Shown here in pieces: positions 1-13,029 of a DNA stretch of 36,903 nucleotides. The notes under the pieces were generated by a model. That model did not search any database. It was not told where the DNA came from and was given only the letters and a program-made list of their open reading frames with translations. This stretch comes from Chrysochromulina tobinii (Eukaryota). The DNA is taken from the NCBI GenBank assembly GCA_001275005.1, contig JWZX01002771.1:1-36903 (forward strand), in the 5' to 3' direction. Numbering within the stretch: the first letter of the stretch is position 1; every line of letters starts with the position of its first letter. The position numbers were made by a program, and so were the translations under genes.

Positions 1-365
1 CACAAAACCCTACCGGTCCCTACCGTACGTTACTGAAACGACATCGGGCCGTGCGATACTCTACACACACTAGTGCCGCGTTCGGACGATTTCACACACA
101 CTTGAAAGCTGTTCCTCAGGTTCCGCTAACACTGCTCCGCTTGATCTGGTACGCTTGTGTGCGGAGCTCCTTTTTGTTTTCCTTTTTGCAGATCCCCTGT
201 CTCCAATATGCTTCCTCTTGTGCTTCCTCTTGTGCTGTAGACTGCCTCTGGCTGGATCCTTGTATTTTCCTCTGTTGCTCCTTGTGTTCGTGGCGCTCTG
301 CGCCATGCTACTTGTGTTGGTCCCTGTTGCTCCTTGGCTCCTGAACCATCACGTTCCACACTCCC

Positions 366-2521
366 TCAAGCTCTCTCCAAGTGCCAACGGGAGAGGTTTC
401 CCTTGGCCTTCCGGAGCGACTCCTCCATCCGCGCGCGTGCCAGAGAGAATGATCTCTGAGCCTCTCGCTCCACCCGTGCGGCTCGCTCCGCGGCCTCTTT
501 CTCTGACACCTCGGCGCGCTCCAAGGCCGACGACTGCCACGCCATCGGGTCAGCGAGCTCGAGAGCACTCGCAATGTCATATGGGAACGGCGCTTGGGCT
601 TGCCTTACTTGGAGCGGCTCGTCGAGACTCTCGTCGTCAAGATGGGTACGCTCCCACTGGTGCAGCTGCTCCTGCTGCTCCTGCGGATGCTGCTGCTGCT
701 GCTGTAGATTGAGATTGTGATTGAGATTGTGCTGCTGCAGGCCGGCCCAGTAGAGGACGCTCCGCTTCGTCGACTTGCTCGCTAGCAGCATCTGGACCTT
801 AGCGGCGAGCTTCGCCTTCTCCTCGGTCAGCTGCTCGATCTCGGCGTCCTTCTCGCGCCGCAGCTGCCTAATTTGGGCCTTGAACACAGTCTCGAGGTGC
901 ACTAATTTGGATGTCTTGGTATTCGACTCGAGGGAGAGGCCACTCGTCTCGATGACGTATTTCATCCCGAGCTCATCCAGCTTGGTGGTGAGTGCCGCCT
1001 CAATGGCCTCTCTCTCAATGGCCTCTCGCGCCACGCTGACGGCAAGCCGCCGACGCGCCTTGACACCGTCGGTACGTCGCCCCTCTGTCATGTCGGCCAG
1101 CTGGGCGCGCACTCGCTCGCACTCGGCCGACGCCCGTTGGTATGCCGCCTCGCTTCCCTGCGGCTCACGTGTGAATCGATGCATGTGCGCGTCAGCGGTA
1201 CTCAGTGGCACTCAGTGTACACTCAGTGGCACTCAGAAGCGCTCAGTGGCACTCAGCGTCACTCAGTGGCGCTCAGCGGCGCTCAGCGGCACTCAGCGGC
1301 ACACTGCGGCACACTGCGGCACTCTGCGGCACTCACCCGCAGCTCTTCCGCGAGCAAATGCAGATGCAGCGTCAGCAAGGCGGTCTCTTTGTCCCGCTTC
1401 AAGCTGATGTTCAAAATCTCCAAGCGCAGCTTCGCCATCTCGGCCGCGATCTCCGCCTGGCTCGCTTCTTGCACGAATAGCTTGGAGCGGAGCTCAACCA
1501 CTGTCATCTGACATGCGAACTCGAGACGGATGTCAGAGGCAACTATTGGCACTCGGAGGCACTCAGAGGCACCCAGTAGCACTCCGTGGCATTCCACCTG
1601 CAGCTTGCGGATTGAGTCTTCACCCTCTAGAGTACCCGTCTCCGCCCGGCTGAGCTCGCCCAGCGAGATTGAGAGCCACGCGTCCTTTTCCGCCACGAGC
1701 CGCGCGGCAAGGCTGCACAGACTCGCGCTGTGCGTGCTCTGCGCGGCGGCGGCGGCGGCCTCGAGCGCGGCCGCTGACTTCATGAGCCGTTGCACCTCCT
1801 TGCTTGTTCGCAGCATGTGGGCGCGCGCCGCCTCGCGGACGTGACGCTCCGCGTTCGGATCCTTGAATTGCATGCATGCATCCATCAGCCTGGCCTCGGA
1901 CTCGCTCTCGGCCGCTGCGGCGTGTTCCCGCGCGGAAGCGCTGCCCGATACGGCGTCGGCCACCAGACGAGCGTGCGCCGCCACGCCCTGGTCGAGAAGC
2001 TCTCGCAACGCGTCTCCGAGCCAAATGTCGTGCGGTCCGTTCGGAAGGTGCTTAAAGATCCGCTTCTGCTCTTTCGTCCAGGGCTGGCTCGACTGGGACG
2101 CCGCCGTGAGCGCAACTCGCAAGGCTGTATGTCGGCCAGCGAGCACCAGCTCTGCGAGGAGTCGCGCCTCGTCGTGCTTCATCACGCCAGTATGGTTGGG
2201 TGAGCTCTCTCCATTCGGAAATGCGCTCGCGCTCGGACTTCTAGTGAGCGCCTCCAAAGGTGGCGATGGCGCCCGCGGGCCCGATGGAGGCGATGGCGCG
2301 ACGCGGTGACGTCCTGAGGGCGACGACCTGACGGCCGTCAGGAAGGTCGCCGCCATGCTGCGAGTTGCCGGCGGAGATGTGGCTCGAGCTTGGGCCTCGG
2401 CTGCTTGCACACGGGTGGGGAATTTGGTGCACACGGAGCACTCGCGCTGCTTGTGCTTCCAGACCCCGCAGCTCGGACAGCGCTCCTTGGTGTGCGGGTC
2501 GCCAAAAGGAGCCGGCTGCAT
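366..2521 (-). CDS. Hypothetical coiled-coil protein with an N-terminal CxxC...CxxC (Zn-ribbon-like) motif; probably 3 exons (2521-1598, 1507-1337, 1157-366)
   Basis: ORFs 1283..2587(-) and 366..1211(-) join in phase 0 through a GT-AG intron at 1336..1158 (LAEELR|GSEAAY). The first ATG is at 2521 (MQPAPFGDPHTKERCPSCG...ECSVC). The rest is E/A/R/K-rich heptads and a poly-Q patch. The true start may lie further upstream. Confidence 0.6.
1158..1336 (-). other. Intron filled with about 14 copies of a 10-nt repeat (CTGAGTGCCR on the sense strand)
   Basis: Donor GTGAGT at 1336, branch-like GCTGAC, acceptor CCGCAG ending at 1158. Removing it restores the frame. Confidence 0.8.
1508..1597 (-). other. 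Probable 90-nt, stop-free, in-frame intron with degenerate CTGAGTGCCT repeats
   Basis: CAG|GTGGAA donor, CTCTGAC branch-like site, TGTCAG acceptor. It carries the same repeat unit as neighbouring introns and interrupts a coiled coil (RKLQ|MTVVEL). Confidence 0.55.
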
Positions 2522-3142
2522 CAAGGGCGCGGGCTCCTCAGGGAGGGACTCCCACAGGGGTGAGTCCACAGTAACAGAGAGGTTCAAAAATGAGGATTTC
2601 TAGAAGTTGATTTAAAATGGATCTAATTTAGTAATTATGGATCTATTATAATAGTATATGGATCACCTATTATAGTCCTTGTATAGTCGTGACTACTAAA
2701 CAACGCGACTCCAGGGAGAGCGCTGGATGGCGAAACACGATACTCCTTGACGATGCGTATCCTGATTAATCCCAACGGGTATGTACAATTCTACACTATC
2801 AGTACACGTGGCAGATTGTGTGCATCTCGGCACCTCTCTCCTCCGCACCTCGTGGGGGAGATTCGAAGCGCATGGTGCGCGCGCATGATTGATGTCGAGC
2901 TCTCCGAAGCGAGAGCTAAGTGGTCCCGCCGCTCCGCCCACCCTCCGCTACATGTATGTATGCCTGGCCTAGGCGGTAGGCGCCTACATGTAGCTTTAGC
3001 AGGGACCGGGTTTTACCGCGCTCATCAGGCTGCTTCTGTATACATGTAACTTTGATGAGCCGCAATTCAAGTTTCAACACACGACAAGGTTTTCTGCGAC
3101 ATATTCACAGCTTTTCGAGTGAACAAAAATCGGCGAATTCAC

Positions 3143-4859
3143 ATGCAGTCAGCCTGTGCGCGAGCGAGGGGCGATTGGCGCTCGTCGCTCGGTTGCGATG
3201 CGGTTTCACACAATTTTGGTGCACACTTTCGCCCTGCACGCGAGAACGACTCGCTCTGTCTGGCCAACCTCGTCGGCCATTGGTGGTTTGGAAGCCAAAG
3301 GCACGCGCGCCCAGGGTCGCCGATGAGCTCCAAGGTCGACATGATCAACGCGCTGGGGCAGGCCGAAGTGGCACGCAAGAAGGCGCAGCGGTCCGCCTAC
3401 GTGCCCGATCTCTTTCTGCTCGAGCGGCTCAACTTCTTCACTCAGATCCCGAAGCAGTGCCCGCAGAGCCAAGCTTGCTTTGGCTCCTTCCTCGCTCGGC
3501 AGCTCGACAGCGGTGTGAGCTCGCTCGGAGCGAAGCTCCCGAAGCTCGAGGAGTACTGGCTCAAGGCGGCGGCGGTCTTGGAGCTCGAGAAGGGCTTGAC
3601 GGCCGCGCCGCTCTACTTCACTCGCATCCTGCGGGACGTGCTCCCGCTGCTCGGGCCCGACCTCCGAGAAGCGTACCAAGCGTACCAAAGGTACGCGGCG
3701 CGGGCCGACCCAAGCTCGGCGGCGGCTGCGCTGCCTCCGCTGCTGAGCGGCGCCGTGCTGGGCAGCTCGGACGGCGGCACGCCTGCGGGCGGCGACTCGC
3801 GATCAGCTGGTGGCACTGGCTTGCTGCGCCGGCACTGCGTGGTGCACTATCGCGTGGGCGACATGCTCTCGTTGCACGTGAACGGCGGCATGATCATCAA
3901 CCCAGCCGCCGTGGCAGCCGCAGCGGCAAGCTTCGCCCCGGCGCCCACGAGCGTCGAGATCCTCGATGGCGGCGTGGGCTGGGGCGTCGATGGCGCTGTC
4001 AACTCCGATGATGACCCGTCCTCTGTCATCTCGCGCTCGCTTGGGGTGCGACTGATGGCATCTGATTGCATCCCTCATCTCCGTCCTCCGTCATCTCGCG
4101 CTCGCTTGGGGTGCGACTGATGGCATCTGATTGCATCCCTCATCTCCGTCCTCTGTCATCTCGCGCTCGCTTGGGGTGCGACTGATGGCATCTGATGGCA
4201 TCTGATTGCATCCCTCATCTCGCGCTCGGGATGCTCTTCAATCTGAGTGCCTCTGAGTACGACTGATGGCATCTGATTGCATCCCTCCTCAGGTGCTCTT
4301 CAATCTGAGCCGCGCCCTGCAGGCGGCCCTGCCGAGCTCCCGAATCCTACCCTCGACGCTGCGCGCGGCAGATGGCGACTTCTTCGCGCTGACAGAGGCT
4401 GACTATGTCGTGGTGGCTGGGGGCTCGTTTGGGCTCCTTGGGGCCACGGCCGGCAAGCCCGGGCAGCAAGTGCGCTCGCCTGCATGTGATCATCACCTGG
4501 ACGTCGCCGGCTCGCGTCGCGCGCCCAGCGCGAAACCACTTCGCAAGGGCTGGCTCGAGTACCCTTACGATCTCGTCCGGACGCGCGCGGCTCACGAGCC
4601 ACTGCTCGAGCGTGCGCCGCAGCCGGTGTGGCGGCTGGGCAGTGCGCCGGACGATGCTCAGGACGACGCCGAGCGCCATACCGGGCGCGACGGCGCTCGG
4701 CCCCCCTCGCTGCAGTACGTCCTCGATGGCCGCGGAGATGACCTCGGAGATTCGCCGTGGGACGAGAAGCGCACTTTGCTTCCACACGGCGTCGAGCCCT
4801 GGCTGGAGACGTGGCAAGCGTGGGAGCGGTGGCACAAGATCAGGACAGGGGACACCTGA
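3143..4859 (+). CDS. Glycosyltransferase, GT11/NodZ-like (alpha-fucosyltransferase-like); exons 3143-4045 and 4293-4859
   Basis: HCVVHYRVGD resembles the HxRxGD GDP-fucose-binding motif. DFFALTEADYVVVAGGSFG resembles the C-terminal GT11 motif. ORFs 3119..4120 and 4266..4859 join in phase 0 (SRSLG|VLFNLS). Start codon uncertain. Confidence 0.6.
4016..4292 (+). repeat. Three tandem 65-bp copies of exon end plus intron start; intron at 4046-4292
   Basis: The unit CCGTCCTCTGTCATCTCGCGCTCGCTTGGGGTGCGACTGATGGCATCTGATTGCATCCCTCATCT starts at 4016, 4081 and 4146. The intron ends TGATTGCATCCCTCCTCAG at 4292. Confidence 0.9.
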
Positions 4860-4908
4860 TACCTTTAATAGATCGGGGGCCCAGGCCGTGCGAGTGTGTC
4901 GTGTCAAA

Positions 4909-4998
4909 ACATTGGGCCCCTCTCACCCACTATGAGCGCTACCCTCTCGCCGGTAGCGCCGATGGCGCCCATCGCGAGTTCCACTGAGTGCGACTGAT
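4909..4998 (+). repeat. Inverted copy (about 90 bp) of 6777-6864, the P2X exon1/intron1 junction
   Basis: 4909-4998 matches the reverse complement of 6777-6864 with about 2 substitutions and a small indel. Both translate to THYERYPLAGSADG. Confidence 0.92.
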
Positions 4999-5044
4999 AC
5001 GTCCCTCTCGCGTGGAGATGCTCGCGTCTCGCTTCGAATGTCGC

Positions 5045-7816
5045 CTATCCTGGTGGAGGTCCTGCGAGCCCAGGCGGTGGCGCTGACAGCTCTTCATTCT
5101 TGGCAGCAGAAGTAGCCACATTTTGGGCTGGGGCTGGGGCCGGCGCCGGCGCGGCTGTCGCGACCGCCTGCGCGACCGGCGCGGCCGGCGTGGCAGGCGC
5201 GGCCACCGTATGCTGCGCCGCGGCCAAAAGCGACGCCTCCTTCCACCCGCCTCCCGCCTCCTTGTGATACTCCTTCCACCCGAGCTTCCGCGCATCGTCG
5301 AGGCGATTCTGGGCAATGTAGTGCTTGATCCACGCGGTGCGTCGCTCCACATCCTTTGGATCCAATACCGCGGCCGTCCCCTTGACGAAATCGGGCAACG
5401 TGATCGCCTTGGGCTCCTCGCCGGCCGGTAGCCAGCCGAGCTTGCGAGCTTCGCGCATCTGGCCGGCGGCAAGCGAGCTCACGACGAGCTGCGAGGACCA
5501 GCCGAGCTTGATGGCCTCCGGGAGCTCGCCCGAGCTCAGATAATGACGAATCCACGCCGCGCGCCGCTCGTCGTCGGCGGTGAGGGGCGCATGCATGTCG
5601 TCCCCGTTCGGGCTCGTACGCCAGCCGAGCGCCTCTGCTTCGTCATACTGGCCCGTCGCGAGGTAATGCAGCAGCAGGTCGCGACGCGCCCTCTCCTCCG
5701 CGCGCGTCGCATTGGGCGCCGGCGCCGTCGCGGGCGGAAGCGTCGGATTGGCCGGGGTCGGCTGCGAATGTGAAGATGCAGCAGATGAAGCGGCGGGCGC
5801 ACCCGCCGCCGTGTCCTCCGCCGTGCCGAGCGCCGCCGCGCTGTCTCTTTCCGCGGCTTCGGCGCGGCGGCGCTCGGCGAACTTGCGCATCTCGGCCTGC
5901 GCATGGGCAAACGCCTGCTGGCAATACTGGCGCTGCGGGTCGGCAGCCTTACCATCACGATGTGTGCCCTCCGACGCTTGGGCCTTGGCGACAAGCTCGA
6001 GGGCCTTGTAGACGGACTCGAAGTTGCCTCCCTCACGTGCCACCATGAACTCGTCAAAGTTGATGCTCAGCTGCTCTGCCGCCGCGCCGGCCCCTGCCAT
6101 GGCCGCAGCCGTGGCCGCATCCGGCTTCTCCTCCACCTCCACGGGTGCCGTCTGCTTGCCCTTCGCCTTGCGCCTCGTCGTCTCGGACCCCTTCTTGCCC
6201 TTCGCGGCGGCCTTGTCGGCCGCGACGCGCCGATCTTCTGTGGCCGCGCGCATCACCAGGTTCGCCATCGCAAGGGCCTGTTCAAAGCTGACGCCGCCCA
6301 CCCCCGCAAACGCGCGCACCAGGTCGTCCACCTGCAGCAGCCCATCGCCGTCGTCGTCCAGGCTCTGGAACTGCGCGCTCGCCAGGACCGCCTTCATCCC
6401 AATCTCTGCGAACCTGTCCTCTGCGTTCAAGTTCTCGCGCGTCCGGTTGCATGCTCAGCTGATGAGGGACGCAATCAGAGCGCCTCAGAGGCCATCAGAG
6501 CACGCACCTGCGTTGAAGTTCTCGCGCGTCCGGTTGTCGATCATCTCAGCGCGCCCGTTGGGGGCAAACTTGAGCGCCCAAAAGGTGGCGATCTGCTTGG
6601 CGAGCCCGAGCAGCACTAGGCCCTCGATCAGCTTGCCGATGAGCAGGCCCCAATCCCACTGCCAGAGCAGGCCAGACGTGCGGAGTCGGAAGATGACGCC
6701 CTGCCGCCACCGGTGAACCTTGTCGAACTCGCGATAGTCACCTGATTAGGGACGCAATCATTTGCCATCAGTCGCCATCAGTCGCACTCAGTGGCACTCG
6801 CGATGGTCGCCATCGGCGCTACCGGCGAGAGGGTAGCGCTCATAGTGGGTGATGGGCCCAATGTCCCCCCACGTCGACGTGGTCGCCTTCGCGTCGACCC
6901 GTGCGAACACGGTCTGCTCATCGTACCCCGGCCGACCAGTCGTCGGGTCGATGTTCGAGTAGCGCACATCGATCTCGATCGCGAGGCCCGACGAGCGGAA
7001 GCTCGGGTACACATGGGCGCGGCCGGGCCGGTAGTCGGGCGACAGGTTGGTGTTCGCATCATTCAGCCGGAAGCCCTCCTCCGTCGCCAGCTGCACCCAC
7101 TCGCCCACGGTCAACCGGATGGCGCCGCCGCTCCGCACCGTGTGCCTGCCGCCCGTCTCGTTCTGAAAGTGGATGGTCGTGTCGACGGCGCCCGGGGTGC
7201 CGGCGGGCGCCGTGCTGCTGCCACTGCGTCCGGCGAACCGCATCGCGCCTTCAAAGCCGTGCTCGATGGCCATGTCCATCAGCTCCACGCCTACAGGGTA
7301 CACGGTTCGCTTGGAGGAGCAAACGCACTGCATGCCGCCCTCGAGCGTGGCGTCGACCGTGCCGTTGCGCAGCACGCACGCACTCCGCTGGCTCGCATTG
7401 TGTGCGGCGGCGCACGCCCAGCCGACCTCGCGGTACTCGACGAACGCCGTCGTGAAGTGCACCGCGTCACCCCCTTTGGCACTCACCTCGTACGGGCTGA
7501 CAATCTGACACTGCGGATCGTCCATCACAGTGTTCGGGTCGTATGCGTACGAAAACGCCGCCGGGTTGCAATAGGACAGCTCGCTGAGGTCGGCGTAGCC
7601 TGTGTGCTCAGTGTAGCGGCCCGCCTCAGGCCACCCGTTCACCGCACCGACGGGCGCCTCTGAGAAGGCCCACGCATCGGCAGCGTAGAGGTTGTAGGCC
7701 ACGTAGAAGACGACGAGTAGCTGCAGGAAAAGGTGCACGAGGCCCACCTCCCACACCTCGATGGTCACGCGCCGATCCATGACGAAGGTGAACGTCTTAT
7801 TCCAGTCGCGCGCCAT
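5045..7816 (-). CDS. P2X-receptor-like channel with a C-terminal EF-hand pair and repeats; exons 7816-~6823/6811, 6741-6508 and 6420-5045
   Basis: The N-terminus and TM1 (FTFVMDRRVTIEVWEVGLVHLFLQLLVVFYV) resemble P2X. A Cys-containing ectodomain follows with RSSGLAIEIDVRYSN. Exon 2 encodes GVIFRLRTSGLLWQWDWGLLIGKLIEGLVLLGLAKQIATFWALK, matching the P2X pre-TM2/TM2 pattern. The tail has the EF-hand loop DDDGDGLLQVDD and INFDEFM. Confidence 0.8.
6421..6507 (-). other. Intron 2 of the P2X-like gene (87 nt), ending in a copy of the upstream exon end
   Basis: GCAG|GTGCGT donor, then CTGATGGCCT/CTGATTGCGTCCCTCATCAG, then a 29-nt duplicate CAACCGGACGCGCGAGAACTT(G/C)AACGCAG that supplies the in-frame acceptor. 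Confidence 0.75.
6742..6822 (-). other. Intron 1 of the P2X-like gene (donor is GT at 6822 or GC at 6810)
   Basis: Contains CTGAGTGCGA/CTGATGGCGA repeats and ends TGATTGCGTCCCTAATCAG at 6742. Either donor keeps the frame into GDYREFDK. Confidence 0.7.
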
Positions 7817-8028
7817 GAAGATGGACGGGGTGGCAGTCGCGGCAGTTCACGATTTTCTCGCCGAAGTGCGGGGGGCGGGTACCGGGTAGGAAGGCGGCGG
7901 ATAACAGCCCGCCCGCGCAGGCGCAGCGCACGCGGGGCTCTTCGGTGGCCAGCAGCCACGTCACATGTTTCGTGCAAAACGCCGTTTCGAACGCGATTCG
8001 CGGACTCCGGGTGATTGCGTTCGGGGCC

Positions 8029-8823
8029 ATGCAAAGGCTGTACGACGGCGACGCCGACGGCGCCCTGGCGGTCGCATCAGGTTCCTCATCGGCCGAGGCG
8101 GGTGACGTCCTGGCTCCGCTTCCCCATGACGGCGGATACGAACTCAAGAGGTTCACGTTCGAGGAAGGCCCACTCGGCATGAAATTCGGCGGCACGTTGG
8201 AGCACACAACAGCTGGTGTCGAGGTTGCAATCGTGACGGTGTCGGAGTTGTTGCGCGACTCCCAGGCAGCGAAGCTCGGCGTCCCCGTGGGCTCGATCCT
8301 GAAGCTCATTGGCCAGACGAACATCACCCAGGTGAAGACGATGGCGGAGGTCCTCGATGTGCTCAGTGCGGCGCCACGGCCCGTTGAAATCGCGATGACC
8401 GTGCCGCGGCCCAAGAGGGATGACGAGTATGACGATGATGACATTGGGGCGATCATGATGGAGAAGCAGGTCACGCCTGGCACGGATATGGCGATCATGA
8501 TGGCCGAGCAGATGAAGGCCGAGTTTGCGGCGGACTATGCGGCGGCGGCAGCTGCGGAAGCGGCGGTCCAGGCAGAGCAGAAGAACGCGGAGGCCATGGG
8601 CAACTTCGTGATTGTCACCGAGAAGGGCACTGGGTTCTTCCACTTCGAGTTCTTTGCCGACGAGCTCAACGCACGCCGTGCGGCGGCGAAGCTGTGGTGC
8701 TGCTGGGTGCTCTTTTGCAGGCAAGGGGGAGCGCTCAACGAGGTGACGTCCGGCGGCCTTGGGTTCGCCTGTATGTCGATTCGGAATCATGTGTTGATGC
8801 AAATCAGCGGGGTTGGTAGCTGA
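8029..8823 (+). CDS. PDZ-like domain protein with an uncharacterised C-terminal domain
   Basis: FTFEEGPLGMKF...SQAAKLGVPVGSILKLIGQTNI...AEVLDVLSAAPRPVEIAM is a PDZ pattern. ATG at 8029, divergent from the P2X gene. Confidence 0.7.
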   Translation: MQRLYDGDADGALAVASGSSSAEAGDVLAPLPHDGGYELKRFTFEEGPLGMKFGGTLEHTTAGVEVAIVTVSELLRDSQAAKLGVPVGSILKLIGQTNITQVKTMAEVLDVLSAAPRPVEIAMTVPRPKRDDEYDDDDIGAIMMEKQVTPGTDMAIMMAEQMKAEFAADYAAAAAAEAAVQAEQKNAEAMGNFVIVTEKGTGFFHFEFFADELNARRAAAKLWCCWVLFCRQGGALNEVTSGGLGFACMSIRNHVLMQISGVGS

Positions 8824-8922
8824 AGTTTTATGTTGAGCCGGCGCTCATCTTGGCGCGCCACGTGTTCGGACGCAAACGAAGTCTTCTGCACCTTTCGTGG
8901 CGGTGCGACAATTGTGTCTGGC

Positions 8923-11773
<2,851 letters not shown>

Positions 11774-13029
11774 GGGACGCGCCGTGGCGGGCGCGACCGG
11801 TACGGCGCGCGGGCCGTTGCGGGAGTGGCCCATCGGGCCAGACAGCTCGCATCTGGCCACGATGAGTATGTGTGTTGGCGCATGGGCGTGCGGCGTGTAG
11901 CGGCGAGGAGCGGCGGCGGGGGTGGGGGGTGAGAGTGGAGCGGCGATGCTGAGGCCACACGGCCCCCGCTTGTCGTTATGGCCCCATGTCCATGTGTGTG
12001 CCACGTGGTGGCAGGACCGGTGCTGGGCCCGGTGGGGCCTGGGCGTCTGAGCAGCGCCAGGGCGGGCCGACCAGGCTGCGGGGTGGCGTGTGCGTTGACA
12101 CAGCAAGGCCACATTTTTCTGATTTCAATATAGATATATTCAAACGTTTTCCGCTCGAGACGCGCCCCGAACCCCCGATGGGGACGCGCCCGCACGGCAC
12201 GTGCGTGCTGAATTCGCGTTCCCGCCTAGTTCCCGCCCGTCACTCCAGCAGTACTGTTTGCTCAATTTTACCTTTTAACCATTTAAGAGGTACGCATGGA
12301 GGTACGGGGACGTTTCCTTTCTGGATTCACGCACACTATCCACACCTCCTGAGTTACTTTGACGAACTGCTTGTCCTATTAATCTAGTATATAGGTCTAT
12401 TGACTATTGTTATCATGATAGCCATTGTACGGTTCCCGGGGGTTCGTCGGTTCCGCTGGTCCTGCGCGGCTGTACGCGTGTGGTCGGTCTTTCGGGTCCG
12501 GTCGGGGCTACGGGGCACCTGGTGGTTGCGTATCGTTTTACGCAGAACCGTACCTGTGTTTGCATGTTTGCAAGAGTAGACGGGGTGCCTGCTACACGCG
12601 ACGCACACGCTGCGTATTCTCACCCACGCTCGCGTGAACGCACGCCTACCTGCGTTGTAACGCATCCTTTGTGGTGTGTAGACCCGCACGCGGCACGGTG
12701 CGTACATGCATTTCATGCACCCCACTGCCGCGTCTTTGCGTCCATGTGCGCAAGCGCGGCGTGGCGCGTGCGATGCGTACATACGCACCCACCTGCGTGT
12801 ATGCACCCGACACTGAGTACTCGCCGGGAACCGACGGAATGTCATGCTCTCTAAAACTATAAGCGAGCGGTACGGTAGCGGGTACGGGGTAGCGGTACGG
12901 GGGATTGCTCGCAGGGCGGGCGCGGGGCGGCGGGGATCGCGGTCCCAGCCCTGGGGCGGTGGGAGGAATTGCGGCCGCGCCCCGCGCCCCGCAGCTCACC
13001 GACTCCACATCGTTCATTAATTGTTCATC

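Noticed and set aside
51..344. Small ORFs in the CT-rich start of the window
   Set aside because: Low-complexity sequence (CTTCCTCTTGTG x2) downstream of the first gene's stop, probably 3' UTR or intergenic; no domain signal.
1195..1336. Regular short repeats (also at 9815-9880 and 11148-11240) as a CRISPR array
   Set aside because: These are head-to-tail 10-mers with no unique spacers and no cas genes, and they lie inside spliceosomal introns of eukaryotic genes.
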